From IMG/VR virus record IMGVR_UViG_3300017963_000059, positions 1-56,328 of that record: 56,328 nt of DNA. One strand, given 5' to 3'. Source of the DNA: a virus (lineage: Duplodnaviria > Caudoviricetes). Below the pieces are notes generated by a model. That model searched no databases. It saw only the letters and a program-made list of their open reading frames with translations, and was not told where the DNA came from. Shown one piece after another: positions 44,460-53,540 of the stretch (positions are counted from its first letter, which is position 1; the number at the start of each line of letters is the position of its first letter). Both the position numbers and the translations under genes were made by a program.

Positions 44460-44621
44460 ATGAGATGTCCATATTGTAGCTCCGAAAAGACTTATGTGAG
44501 GCGGACTATTAAGCTGAAATCGAGCAATAAAATAATAAGAGAAAGACGATGCCGGGGCTGCAGGGGTATTTTCAAGACCGAAGAAAAAATATCGGAACCT
44601 GGAATAAAGTCTCGATATTAA
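44460..44621 (+). CDS. Zinc-ribbon protein (Ogr/Delta- or NrdR-N-like), possible late activator; not in the ORF track
   Basis: MRCPYCSSEKTYVRRT...IRERRCRGCRGIFKTEE, 53 aa. Confidence 0.7.
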   Translation: MRCPYCSSEKTYVRRTIKLKSSNKIIRERRCRGCRGIFKTEEKISEPGIKSRY

Positions 44622-44694
44622 ATATATGATATTTCTATAAGTTCATGAAAAAATAAGGATATGCCGATATAATAAGCGTAAGGTAAATATTTCC

Positions 44695-44724
44695 TTGACT
44701 TATTGTAAAAAGTACTTTTATTAT
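44695..44724 (+). promoter_or_regulatory. Putative promoter of the DUF5678-protease moron
   Basis: TTGACT, 18 bp spacer, TATTAT. Confidence 0.5.
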
Positions 44725-44745
44725 ATTATGGAACAGGAGCGGAAA

Positions 44746-44982
44746 ATGTTAGAAAAAGAATTTAAATATTATCGTGAGCACCAAAAAGAATTAGCCAAAG
44801 ACTATAATGAAAAATACATAGTAATTGTTGGTGAAGAGGTAATTGGCGTTTATGATTCTGAGATAGAAGCTTATAATAAAACAAAAGCAACACATGAGGT
44901 TGGCACATTTCTTATTCAATTCTGTTCAGCCGACCCCAATAACTATACTCAAACATTTCATTCCAGGGTGGGCTTTAGATAA
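44746..44982 (+). CDS. DUF5678-like small protein
   Basis: EFKYYREHQKELAKDYNEKYIVIVGEEVIGVYDSEIEA; ATG at 44746 after AGGAG. Confidence 0.75.
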   Translation: MLEKEFKYYREHQKELAKDYNEKYIVIVGEEVIGVYDSEIEAYNKTKATHEVGTFLIQFCSADPNNYTQTFHSRVGFR

Positions 44983-44997
44983 TTTGGTTAAGTAATA

Positions 44998-45549
44998 ATG
45001 CAGGGAAGTAGACCGAATATAAGGGCATTTACTTCAAGATATAAATATAGGATGAGAATCCTGGAAAATGAAGTTGAAATTGCCGAAGCTTTTGACCATA
45101 ACGATACATCAATTAAACCCAATTTAATTAAATATCAATGTATATGGGATACTGGGGCAACGGGTTCCGTTATTACAACAAAAGTAGTTAATAACCTTGG
45201 ATTACGACCAATAGGTAAGACGATTTGTCAGACCGTTGGTGGTCAAAAGGAGCAAAATGTATATCTTGTTGCAATCATGCTTCCTAATGGAGTTGGTTTT
45301 CCCAGCATTCCAGTTACCGAGGGAGAAATTGGAAATTATGATGTATTAATCGGCATGGATATTATAGGAGTAGGAGACTTTGCAGTTACCAATGAAGGCG
45401 GAAAAACTGTATTAAGCTATCAACTTCCTTCAACTGAGACAATCGATTTTGTAGAACAGCTTAAGAAATCATATCCACCACTACCCACCCCAGACGAGAA
45501 GCGTAAAGCAAGAAATAGGCGAAAAAGGGATAAACGTAAAAAGAAATAG
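44998..45549 (+). CDS. Retropepsin-like aspartic protease
   Basis: IWDTGAT catalytic motif and DVLIGMDII. Confidence 0.88.
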   Translation: MQGSRPNIRAFTSRYKYRMRILENEVEIAEAFDHNDTSIKPNLIKYQCIWDTGATGSVITTKVVNNLGLRPIGKTICQTVGGQKEQNVYLVAIMLPNGVGFPSIPVTEGEIGNYDVLIGMDIIGVGDFAVTNEGGKTVLSYQLPSTETIDFVEQLKKSYPPLPTPDEKRKARNRRKRDKRKKK

Positions 45550-45570
45550 ATATTAATAAGAAAAGTATAG

Positions 45571-45622
45571 AATAATGGTATATCTACCATTATTTTCATT
45601 TTAGGGTGGTATATCTACCATT
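45571..45622. promoter_or_regulatory. Duplicated palindrome TGGTATATCTACCATT upstream of a TTGACA
   Basis: Identical 16-mers at 45576 and 45607; the first extends to AATAATGGTA-TATC-TACCATTATT; TTGACA at 45638. Confidence 0.6.
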
Positions 45623-45750
45623 TCTTGCCTCACCCTATTGACAATCCCACATCCCAACAAATAAATTATTATCGTAATCGACACTTGGTTTTAAAAAAGG
45701 CCAATTGATAATGAAGAATTAGTTTAGAAAAGACGGTCAAAAATAATGAC

Positions 45751-45830
45751 CGGAAGTGAGCGGAGAGAATTAGGCCTCTCTCTACCGACCATGTGCACAA
45801 ACACATGATCACCCCGAAGGGTCACTTCCG
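45751..45830 (+). ncRNA. Four-way-junction RNA in the leader of the methyltransferase operon
   Basis: CGGAAGTGA/TCACTTCCG stem enclosing GAGAG/CTCTC, CATGTG/CACATG and CCC/GGG hairpins. Confidence 0.55.
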
Positions 45831-45917
45831 ATACGTGCAAAGATAAGATAGACCGGAAGCGGCATCTCGTCAATTAAAATTTCCATCGACCCTTCGGACA
45901 ATCATATTGGAGGCCTT

Positions 45918-46913
45918 ATGCTCCGACTATTCGCGGCAGCTCCCTCGTACTACGGAGGAAAAAGGAAGCTGGCCAGTAGGATTTTAAGTTATGCCGAAGG
46001 CGAAACATTCATTGATGCATTTCTGGGAGGGGGTTCAGTGTCACTCTTAGCGAAAGCGAAGGGATTCCGCGTTTTATGCAACGATATCGCTGACCGTTCA
46101 GCGGTAATCGGAAAAGCGTTAATCGAGAATCCTGATGTCAAGATCACCGATGCCGACATCTACCGGCTGTTCGAGCTCACCGAATCAGATAATTTCCTGA
46201 TCACGAACTACTCTCAATTTTATACAACCGAGATAGGGGAGTTTCTTGATACGGCCTGGGCGAACATAAAGAAGTTCGAGGATCCCACGAAAGCAGTTCT
46301 AATGAAGCTGTTATGGATTAAGACGGCGATATTTTATAGGCCGATGGGCGGATTTACACATACGAACGCTGTTGCAGAGATGCTCAAGGCAGAAAACGAC
46401 GCGGAGTTGACCGATACGCTATTAGATTTAAAAGAAGACTATTCCCGGCCATTGCTTCATGTATTGAAGGATCTCGCCGGACAGATAAACGATGGAGTGA
46501 TTGATAACGGTTTTGAAAACGAGTGTCACCAGCTGGACGTCTGCGAGTTCTTAAAGAAGGTTCAAGGGGATACGGTTTATATCGATCCGCCATATTACGG
46601 GGCTCAATCATACGAAAAACAGTATCACGTTCTTGATTGTCTACTGAAAAGGGCAGTTACGACTGCCGAAAATAGCCGCTTTAATGAGAAGAACGTGATG
46701 CAGAATACACTGGGGCTTTTCGAGGCAGCTGCTCATATCCCCAAATGGATTATATCGGTAGGGCAGAAAACCATCACCAAGATGGGATACATCGATATGG
46801 TCAAGCAATTCAAGTCGACTGTCCGGGATATCAAAATAGAGCACCGCTATACATTCGGGGGAAACGTTAAAGATGATGCCCACTGGCATGAAGTGCTTTT
46901 GGTAGCGAATTAG
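45918..46913 (+). CDS. N6-adenine DNA methyltransferase (Dam/D12-like)
   Basis: YYGGKRKL, DAFLGGGSVS (motif I), ND and YIDPPY (motif IV). Confidence 0.9.
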   Translation: MLRLFAAAPSYYGGKRKLASRILSYAEGETFIDAFLGGGSVSLLAKAKGFRVLCNDIADRSAVIGKALIENPDVKITDADIYRLFELTESDNFLITNYSQFYTTEIGEFLDTAWANIKKFEDPTKAVLMKLLWIKTAIFYRPMGGFTHTNAVAEMLKAENDAELTDTLLDLKEDYSRPLLHVLKDLAGQINDGVIDNGFENECHQLDVCEFLKKVQGDTVYIDPPYYGAQSYEKQYHVLDCLLKRAVTTAENSRFNEKNVMQNTLGLFEAAAHIPKWIISVGQKTITKMGYIDMVKQFKSTVRDIKIEHRYTFGGNVKDDAHWHEVLLVAN

Positions 46914-46923
46914 GAGACAGACT

Positions 46924-47577
46924 ATGGGACAGATTAAAATAACCAGAATAGAAGTAGAGAGGTTGGTTCCCAATGACTGGAATCCTAACCACCTGACAGC
47001 CCCGAAGCTAAAGAAGCTTCAGAGGAGCTTGTTAACCGATGGACAATTAATGCCGGTAGTAGTTCGTAAGCACCCATCAAAGCGCAACAAGTTCCAGATT
47101 ATTGATGGGGAGCAGAGGTATACAATCGCCATCGAGTTAAAATGGAACGAGATCGAATGCGTTATAATCGATGTTCCTGATGACCGCGCCAAGATACTAA
47201 CTGCTAATTTGAATTACCTGAAAGGGAATGCCAGACCTAAGGAATACGCACAACTCGTTCATTCACTAAACGAAAGTATATCACTCGACCAGTTATCGAT
47301 TGAGCTTCCGGAGACAAAGCTTCAGCTGCAGGACAGCTTAAACCTGCTGAAGCTTCCGGATGATTTAGATAAAACCCTTGAGGATAAAGCCGCGGCGGAA
47401 GCTAAGGAAAAACTGAACAGCATCACCATCCAAGTTACGGATGAGGAAAAAGCAATTATTGATGCGGCAATAAAATCCTCTGATAAGAAAAAACGGGGCG
47501 CAGCCATAGCGACATTTATTAAAGCCGGTATGGATGTGCTTAAAGATAAAAAGCCGGCGAGTAAATCACCGGCTTAA
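46924..47577 (+). CDS. ParB-N / Srx domain protein
   Basis: LVPNDWNPN, PVVVR and IIDGEQR motifs. Confidence 0.85.
   Translation: MGQIKITRIEVERLVPNDWNPNHLTAPKLKKLQRSLLTDGQLMPVVVRKHPSKRNKFQIIDGEQRYTIAIELKWNEIECVIIDVPDDRAKILTANLNYLKGNARPKEYAQLVHSLNESISLDQLSIELPETKLQLQDSLNLLKLPDDLDKTLEDKAAAEAKEKLNSITIQVTDEEKAIIDAAIKSSDKKKRGAAIATFIKAGMDVLKDKKPASKSPA
47548..47575 (-). terminator. Rho-independent terminator of the amidoligase gene
   Basis: Minus strand AAGCCGGTGA-TTTAC-TCGCCGGCTTTTT at the convergent junction. Confidence 0.6.
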
Positions 47578-47598
47578 TGCTCTTTGACAACTTCATAA

Positions 47599-48516
47599 TT
47601 AGACGTTGGAATCGAATTTCTCGGCAAGCCTGCGGAGCTCCTTGCGGATGCCTTTCATTTTATCGAGGTCTGCAATCCATCCGAATGCGGAGCAGGTAGG
47701 CTGACCGACATCTTTGCGGCCCAGGGTCCATCCAAGTAGAAAGTAAAGCCGGTTCAAACTTTTCAATCCATCACCGCCTTTATAGCATTGAGTTGCCGGC
47801 GGATTGAATGATACGCAGGTTCCGAGGGCTTTTTCGCAGAGTCCCAATACCATCTGGATGTGTCCGAGAACCTTTAATTTTGATAATGTTCCGGCAAATA
47901 CCCGGAATTCAGCAGTCATCTTGGAGTTAAAAAGGTTGGCTAAATTCAAAGTCCGATAGCGGTCGATACCCGAAACCTGTCTTTGCAGGACATCCCATTT
48001 TTTCTTTTTAAGTTCTTTCCGCTTATCGGAATCATAGCGGGCATGGATCGATTTTGTAAATCGGCATTCTTTAGCTCTGAATCTCGATCCGGTAGATGCA
48101 TATAAGGCAGTCTCATGCTGTCCGACTAAGTGAATCAGGTTGTTTACCCATCCGGCGACATCATCAGCTAAGGGTCCGGCAACCGATTTCGCTCCGACAT
48201 GGACATGAAATCCGCAGGTTCGGTTTACCTTGGCACCGAGTTCATTGAGTTTATCTAACACCGACATGACCTGATTTAATCCATCTTCGCCTTTCAGAAT
48301 CGGGCTAATGAATTCAACTCCCTTATATCCGACATACTGCGCTATCGAACTATCCTTGGATGACATCCAACCTTCAGGGAAATCGCCGTTTAGGAGTCTG
48401 GGGTTATGATAGTTTCCAACCGGAATTCTGGTTCTGTTAGGGATCATGCATTCGATTTCAACGCCAAATGTGAAGTCCCGGGCTTTTGTTGATTTTGTTT
48501 GTTGTTGTCTTGGCAT
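47599..48516 (-). CDS. Putative amidoligase (COOH-NH2 ligase family)
   Basis: TFGVEIE, DSSI, EFISPIL, CGFHVHVG, RY..LN and EFR motifs. Confidence 0.88.
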   Translation of the reverse strand: MPRQQQTKSTKARDFTFGVEIECMIPNRTRIPVGNYHNPRLLNGDFPEGWMSSKDSSIAQYVGYKGVEFISPILKGEDGLNQVMSVLDKLNELGAKVNRTCGFHVHVGAKSVAGPLADDVAGWVNNLIHLVGQHETALYASTGSRFRAKECRFTKSIHARYDSDKRKELKKKKWDVLQRQVSGIDRYRTLNLANLFNSKMTAEFRVFAGTLSKLKVLGHIQMVLGLCEKALGTCVSFNPPATQCYKGGDGLKSLNRLYFLLGWTLGRKDVGQPTCSAFGWIADLDKMKGIRKELRRLAEKFDSNV

Positions 48517-48697
48517 CTTAACCTCGTAAAGTGTTGGTGTTCATTGTGTTATCGTACTATACACGTTACACTAATAAAAGAATAAGTCAAGGGAAAAAGA
48601 CTTAAAAAGGTCAAATAAAGTGTTATTATTCAATAAGTTAGCGTATTCTATGCCGTATAGGTGTAATTGTTGGTTTATGGAGTTGGTGTAATGTGGT

Positions 48698-49507
48698 ATG
48701 GGCGGTCGTGGAGGAACAGATGATAAGATTGTACGGATTAATGTCAAAAAGAAGGCCGTTAAAAAGAGAGTTTTCAAGCGGAAGACCTCAAAGAAAGGTT
48801 CCAATGCGCCAAAATCAAAACCTCCGGGTGCTAAAAAGAAGGTCAAGAAGGCTGTTAGAAGAAAGCCTACCAGGCGAACTGCGGCGCAGTTGGAGCGGGA
48901 TTATAAGACTATTTCGCTTTTGTATTTTGTCCAGTGCTGGAAGGTGGCCGACATTGCGCAGCATCTGGATAAATCTGTCCGGACCATTGAAGGCGATATT
49001 AAAAAGATTCGGGAAGGCAAGCTCAAGATGGCTTCGCGAACGAAGCAAGATGAGCTACGCAATGATATTCTTGATGGCGTTCAGGAGAAGTATTCGGAGC
49101 GGGTCAGAAACCTCTGGAATGAGTATGTCGACCTCAGCAATCGGATTAATGATCTTGAGAAACCTAAAGATAGCGATTCTGAAAAGGACAAGAAACGGAA
49201 GGAAGGGTTCACTGCTGTTTCGCTCCGTAAAATGCGGCTTAAGGTTCTGGAGATTCTCCGGAGGGAGGACTCCGATCTTGTCGAACGGCTGCGAAAGATG
49301 GGGATATTAGAAGGTGAAATCGTTGGCGACGAGGATGAGAATGAAGTCCAAGCGGAAATCCGCAGGCGATATGAGCATATTCAAAAGATTCGAAGGGATG
49401 CTGTTGCGCCTCCACGCACAGAGAGCGAGGGTACTCGCATCCCTTCCGGCTATGCCGGTAATCGTCGCTCTGTTAATGGTGATACTGACAGCGGGGATAA
49501 TGAGTAG
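48698..49507 (+). CDS. terS: Terminase small subunit (HTH)
   Basis: KVADIAQHLDKSVRTIEGDIKKI HTH; directly upstream of terL; Lys-rich N-terminus. Confidence 0.7.
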   Translation: MGGRGGTDDKIVRINVKKKAVKKRVFKRKTSKKGSNAPKSKPPGAKKKVKKAVRRKPTRRTAAQLERDYKTISLLYFVQCWKVADIAQHLDKSVRTIEGDIKKIREGKLKMASRTKQDELRNDILDGVQEKYSERVRNLWNEYVDLSNRINDLEKPKDSDSEKDKKRKEGFTAVSLRKMRLKVLEILRREDSDLVERLRKMGILEGEIVGDEDENEVQAEIRRRYEHIQKIRRDAVAPPRTESEGTRIPSGYAGNRRSVNGDTDSGDNE

Positions 49508-51038
49508 CGCGAAAGCAAAAGAAAGTCAGACTACGGATTGGCTGGCGACTATTCCCGGTTACTGCCAGGGGCTGATGGAAACCCCAACAGGGCCGTTAGT
49601 GCTTGACGAGATGCAGGAAATCCTGGTGGACGACGATTCCAAGATGGCAGCGACGCTGAAGGCGCGGCAGTTCGGATACAGTTATACGGTGGTCAGCGCC
49701 AAAGCGGTAGCGAAGAGCCATATCCTCAACAATCATCTTTCGGTGTTCACGTCAATGAACCTTGAGGATGCCAAGGAAAAGATAAGGTATGCCCGGGAGT
49801 TGAGTTATTCCATACCGCGGCGCCACAGCCATAAATTGATAACCGACAACAAAATGGAATTAGAGTGGAGCAACGGCAGCCGGATAGTCTCAATGTTCAG
49901 GCCGAGGGGCAAGGGCCCCGGAGATGTATATCTGGATGAGTTTGCGTATCTGCAGGATCCCCGGGAAGCATTAAGGGGAGCGTTGGGTATAACCGCGCAT
50001 GGCGGGCAGGTGGTAATCGGTTCCACGCTCAAAGGCAACACCGGAATACCATATGAGATATTGACCGGGGATACCCAGCAACCTCAATTCCTGAATATTA
50101 AGCGTTACAGAGTTTACTGGTGGCAGTCATCGTTCTTATGTAATGACGTCAAGGCGGCAACCAGGCCCGTAGAAGTCCAGTCCGGCCAGTATGTGATGGC
50201 GGCGGATCTGCTATCGACCGAGGAGCGTGTCGATAAATGGGCTTCTGAGGACCTGAAGCTGATCTTCTCAATGATGCTGTTGGAGGATTTCCAGCAGGAG
50301 TTCGAATTAAAACCGTTGGAAGCCGAGGCGGCGTTTATCCCCTGGGAGTTGATATCAAGGTGTGCGGATAAGGACATTGAAGTCTATGATTCATATGAAG
50401 AACTCCGGGAAAACGTAAAGGGGGAGCTGTATGCCGGATTCGATGTGGGCAGGAGAAGAAATGCATCGGAATTGTTTATCTTCGAAAAATTCGGGGGTGT
50501 TTTCTATCAGAGGATGTTAAAGACATTCCGCAGGATGCCTTTCCCGGAGCAGCGGGCTAACCTTGGAGAAGCCCTGCGGGTACTTCCTATAGTACGTATG
50601 TGTATTGATGAGGGGGGACTTGGAATGCAGTTAGCCGAGGAACTTTCGATTGCATATCCTCATATAGTGGAACCGGTGAATTTCGCTTCGAGTATCGAAA
50701 CCGATGTTTATTCTCCGGATTTAAAATCCAAGAAGAAAAGCAAGAAGGGTGCGTCGAAAGGTACTGTCGGAGTTAAGGCAAGGATGGCGACGGATGTGAA
50801 GATATCAATGGAACGGGGCAGGATCAGGATATATCGGGACAGGGAATTGATGAATCAGATCTATTCCATAAAGAGGAATACGACCGCAGCGGGCAACATC
50901 CAATATGATTCGGACAAAAATGAAAAACATCATGCAGACCGGTTCTGGGCGATGGCGTTAGCGCTATTCGGAGGAATGACTTCCAAGCCCGGATTATTAG
51001 CGCCGATTATGGTGTTTCCCGGAGGGAAGACGGTTTGA
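49500..51038 (+). CDS. terL: Terminase large subunit (Mu gp28 / Terminase_6-like)
   Basis: KARQFGYS Walker A, VYLDEFA Walker B, FQQEF, GFDVGR, CIDEGGLG and HADRFWA; ATG at 49500 overlaps the terS end. Confidence 0.92.
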   Translation: MSSAKAKESQTTDWLATIPGYCQGLMETPTGPLVLDEMQEILVDDDSKMAATLKARQFGYSYTVVSAKAVAKSHILNNHLSVFTSMNLEDAKEKIRYARELSYSIPRRHSHKLITDNKMELEWSNGSRIVSMFRPRGKGPGDVYLDEFAYLQDPREALRGALGITAHGGQVVIGSTLKGNTGIPYEILTGDTQQPQFLNIKRYRVYWWQSSFLCNDVKAATRPVEVQSGQYVMAADLLSTEERVDKWASEDLKLIFSMMLLEDFQQEFELKPLEAEAAFIPWELISRCADKDIEVYDSYEELRENVKGELYAGFDVGRRRNASELFIFEKFGGVFYQRMLKTFRRMPFPEQRANLGEALRVLPIVRMCIDEGGLGMQLAEELSIAYPHIVEPVNFASSIETDVYSPDLKSKKKSKKGASKGTVGVKARMATDVKISMERGRIRIYRDRELMNQIYSIKRNTTAAGNIQYDSDKNEKHHADRFWAMALALFGGMTSKPGLLAPIMVFPGGKTV

Positions 51039-53338
51039 AGATATTAGGTTTTGAAATAAGACGCGCTTCGGAAAAGAAGGAACGCAATATCGGTGGAATA
51101 CCTGTACCGGTAGGCAGGCGTTCAGAGGCTCCGGATAGTTTCGGCAGTCTCATGGGAATGGCTAACGGTTTTTTGAGTTGTGTCGATCCCAAGGTGCCTT
51201 ATAACTTCTTAGAGATTATTTCCAAGCTATGTCTAACCAATCCTGATTTCTCACAGGCAGTTGATAATGTCGTATCGCTGGGCAACAACGGCCATCAGCT
51301 TTTGATAAATGCGGATTCGGCGCGGCGGATTGATAAAGCCTTAAAAAGACTGAACAAACTTGCCGACCGGATTATGATCGAGAATCTCATCAACAGGTTA
51401 TTCCGGCAGGCGGCAATATATGGGGCATTATCGCATGAATGGATAGTAAATAAAAGTCTTACCGAAATGCAAACCTATGCCATGGTGCCGGTTCGGGATA
51501 TCCGTTTTCAATATGATAAAGAACAAAGCCGGTATGTGTCGAGACAGTTGTCTTCCAAAGGGGATTTGATTGAGCTCAACGAAAACACATATACATACTC
51601 GGCATTAGAGCAAGACGAGAATTCTCCTTATGGCATACCTCCATTCGTAGCGGCTTTGCGTCATGCTATGGTGCAGATCGACGTAACAGATAATATCGCT
51701 TTCGTGATCAAGAAATTAGGACTCCTGGGCGTTTTCGATGTGGTGATGAAACAACCTCCGGCACAAGAGGGGGAATCTAATGATGATTTTATAAACCGCA
51801 TAACCTCCGAATTAAACAGCCTCGCCAATAATCTGATTGAGAATTACCGCAACGGCATGATGGCGCATTATGATAATATGGAATTGAATCATACGGCAGT
51901 CTCTACTGATATGCGCGGGGTTAAAGACCTCAATCAGATGATAGAAGAGCAGGTCATGTCGGGATTGAGACAGGACCCGGCCATGTTGGGTCGGGCTTAT
52001 TCGACGACGGAAACATATGGAGAAGTGGTCTACACCAAGATGGTTAATTCGCTTGATAACGTCCGCCGGCATGTGAAATTCGTTATCGAGAAAGGATACG
52101 AGTTAGACCTTCTTATGGGAGGTATCATCATATCCAGTTTAGCTATGGATTTCTCCGGGAATTCGAGCTTTAAGCCTAAGGAGCAAGCGGAGACCAGCCA
52201 GATAGCGACGGATACGGCTATTAGCCGTATGGATGCCGGTTTAATCAGTCCGGATCAAGCGGCACAGGAAATCGGATATGAGAAAGCATATTCTCAGGGA
52301 TTGCCATCGGATAGCGGCAGTGAGAGTTTTGGAAATCAGCTTTCGGTAAAATTCGTATATAAGGGCGGCAGATACAAATTAAGCAGGGAAAGCCTTGTCG
52401 TCATGAACTCCGATGCTATTATCCGGGATTCGTTGGCGGATGATGTCGGAGCGGTTCAGTTGGCTTCGGAAAAGGGGATTGAACGGCGTAGGCTGAGGTG
52501 GGTAGACAGCTATTTCAAACAGATTAAGGGTCTCGACGATAAGGCACGGGGGAAAGTACTGGAGAGAGTAGCGGAGAAACTTGGAAATAAGGAATTCTCG
52601 ACCGAGGGTCCGGACGAGTTTGCGAACGATGTCTTCGAATTTGTCTCAACAAAGTTTCCAGATGCATTGGCTGATCAAGGCCTCAAGGATAAGGTCAATC
52701 GCCGCATATATGATACATATTTCTATTACCGGGTACGGGATAAGATAGTCGATGTGAAGCGGATACCGTCGTTATTGAAGCTTCCGGATAAGAGGGCGGT
52801 GAAGTTTCTGAAGGGGCTGGATGATTTCTATTTCTCGAAGTACCTGCAGAATGATTCTGCGAAGAAACCGATGTTGAAATTCCTTAAAAAGGAATATCTG
52901 GAAGGCGGCTATACCAATATAAACGGATTTATCAAACGTTACGGAACGAATTTCGGGAATATCTCCAAAAGCCAGATTCAGCGGATAGTAGATACATCGG
53001 TTTCGAGGATACGCAACTGGGGGCATATCAGACAGATGTCTGAGTTTAAAACACAGTATTTCGAGATCGTAGAAGTTCTGGACCGGATAACCTGCCCTAT
53101 TTGCCTGGAAATGGACGGGAAGATATTCCCGGTGGGGAAAGCTGACGAGAAGGTGCAGAACCTTTCCGAGCTATCAGCTGAGGATTTCAATGAAAAAGTT
53201 TATAAGAATGCACCGGCGAAGACTCAAGAGGAATGGATCGAGTATGCGAAAGCAAAATCCGGGGAGGAAATGATAGCGGATAATATCGTAGGTCCCCCGT
53301 TTCATAGTAGGTGCAGAGGAAGGCAGGTAGCGAAATGA
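51035..53338 (+). CDS. Portal protein fused to a Mu gpF-like minor head domain
   Basis: Portal motifs (SPYGIPP, GLISPDQAAQEIG) in the first ~420 aa; C-terminal DRITCPICLEMDGKIF...PPFHSRCR is the MuF signature. Confidence 0.85.
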   Translation: MKILGFEIRRASEKKERNIGGIPVPVGRRSEAPDSFGSLMGMANGFLSCVDPKVPYNFLEIISKLCLTNPDFSQAVDNVVSLGNNGHQLLINADSARRIDKALKRLNKLADRIMIENLINRLFRQAAIYGALSHEWIVNKSLTEMQTYAMVPVRDIRFQYDKEQSRYVSRQLSSKGDLIELNENTYTYSALEQDENSPYGIPPFVAALRHAMVQIDVTDNIAFVIKKLGLLGVFDVVMKQPPAQEGESNDDFINRITSELNSLANNLIENYRNGMMAHYDNMELNHTAVSTDMRGVKDLNQMIEEQVMSGLRQDPAMLGRAYSTTETYGEVVYTKMVNSLDNVRRHVKFVIEKGYELDLLMGGIIISSLAMDFSGNSSFKPKEQAETSQIATDTAISRMDAGLISPDQAAQEIGYEKAYSQGLPSDSGSESFGNQLSVKFVYKGGRYKLSRESLVVMNSDAIIRDSLADDVGAVQLASEKGIERRRLRWVDSYFKQIKGLDDKARGKVLERVAEKLGNKEFSTEGPDEFANDVFEFVSTKFPDALADQGLKDKVNRRIYDTYFYYRVRDKIVDVKRIPSLLKLPDKRAVKFLKGLDDFYFSKYLQNDSAKKPMLKFLKKEYLEGGYTNINGFIKRYGTNFGNISKSQIQRIVDTSVSRIRNWGHIRQMSEFKTQYFEIVEVLDRITCPICLEMDGKIFPVGKADEKVQNLSELSAEDFNEKVYKNAPAKTQEEWIEYAKAKSGEEMIADNIVGPPFHSRCRGRQVAK

Positions 53339-53496
53339 GATGCCCGGAATGCAAGATAGGGGTTATGAAGTTGAATGAAAAGAGGGGCGTCATCGTATGC
53401 CCGAAATGCGGATATCAACATAATTTAAAAGATAAGGGAGGTAGTATGACGACTACTACGAGTTTGGCTAATCCAATAGAAAGGGCAAGAAACTAA
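53335..53496 (+). CDS. Small zinc-ribbon protein
   Basis: MRCPECK...VCPKCGY; ATGA overlap with the portal gene. Confidence 0.55.
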   Translation: MRCPECKIGVMKLNEKRGVIVCPKCGYQHNLKDKGGSMTTTTSLANPIERARN

Positions 53497-53540
53497 GGTT
53501 ATGAATAAAAGAATTTTATTTAAAAATATCATAAGAGGAG

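Noticed and set aside
48693-49310. 205-aa alternate-frame ORF overlapping terS
   Set aside because: Shadow frame of the HTH-containing 48698-49507 ORF, which has the expected motif and coupling to terL.
49314-49499. N-terminal extension of terL with a hydrophobic stretch
   Set aside because: It overlaps terS by about 190 nt; ATG at 49500 gives a typical short overlap and a normal TerL N-terminus.
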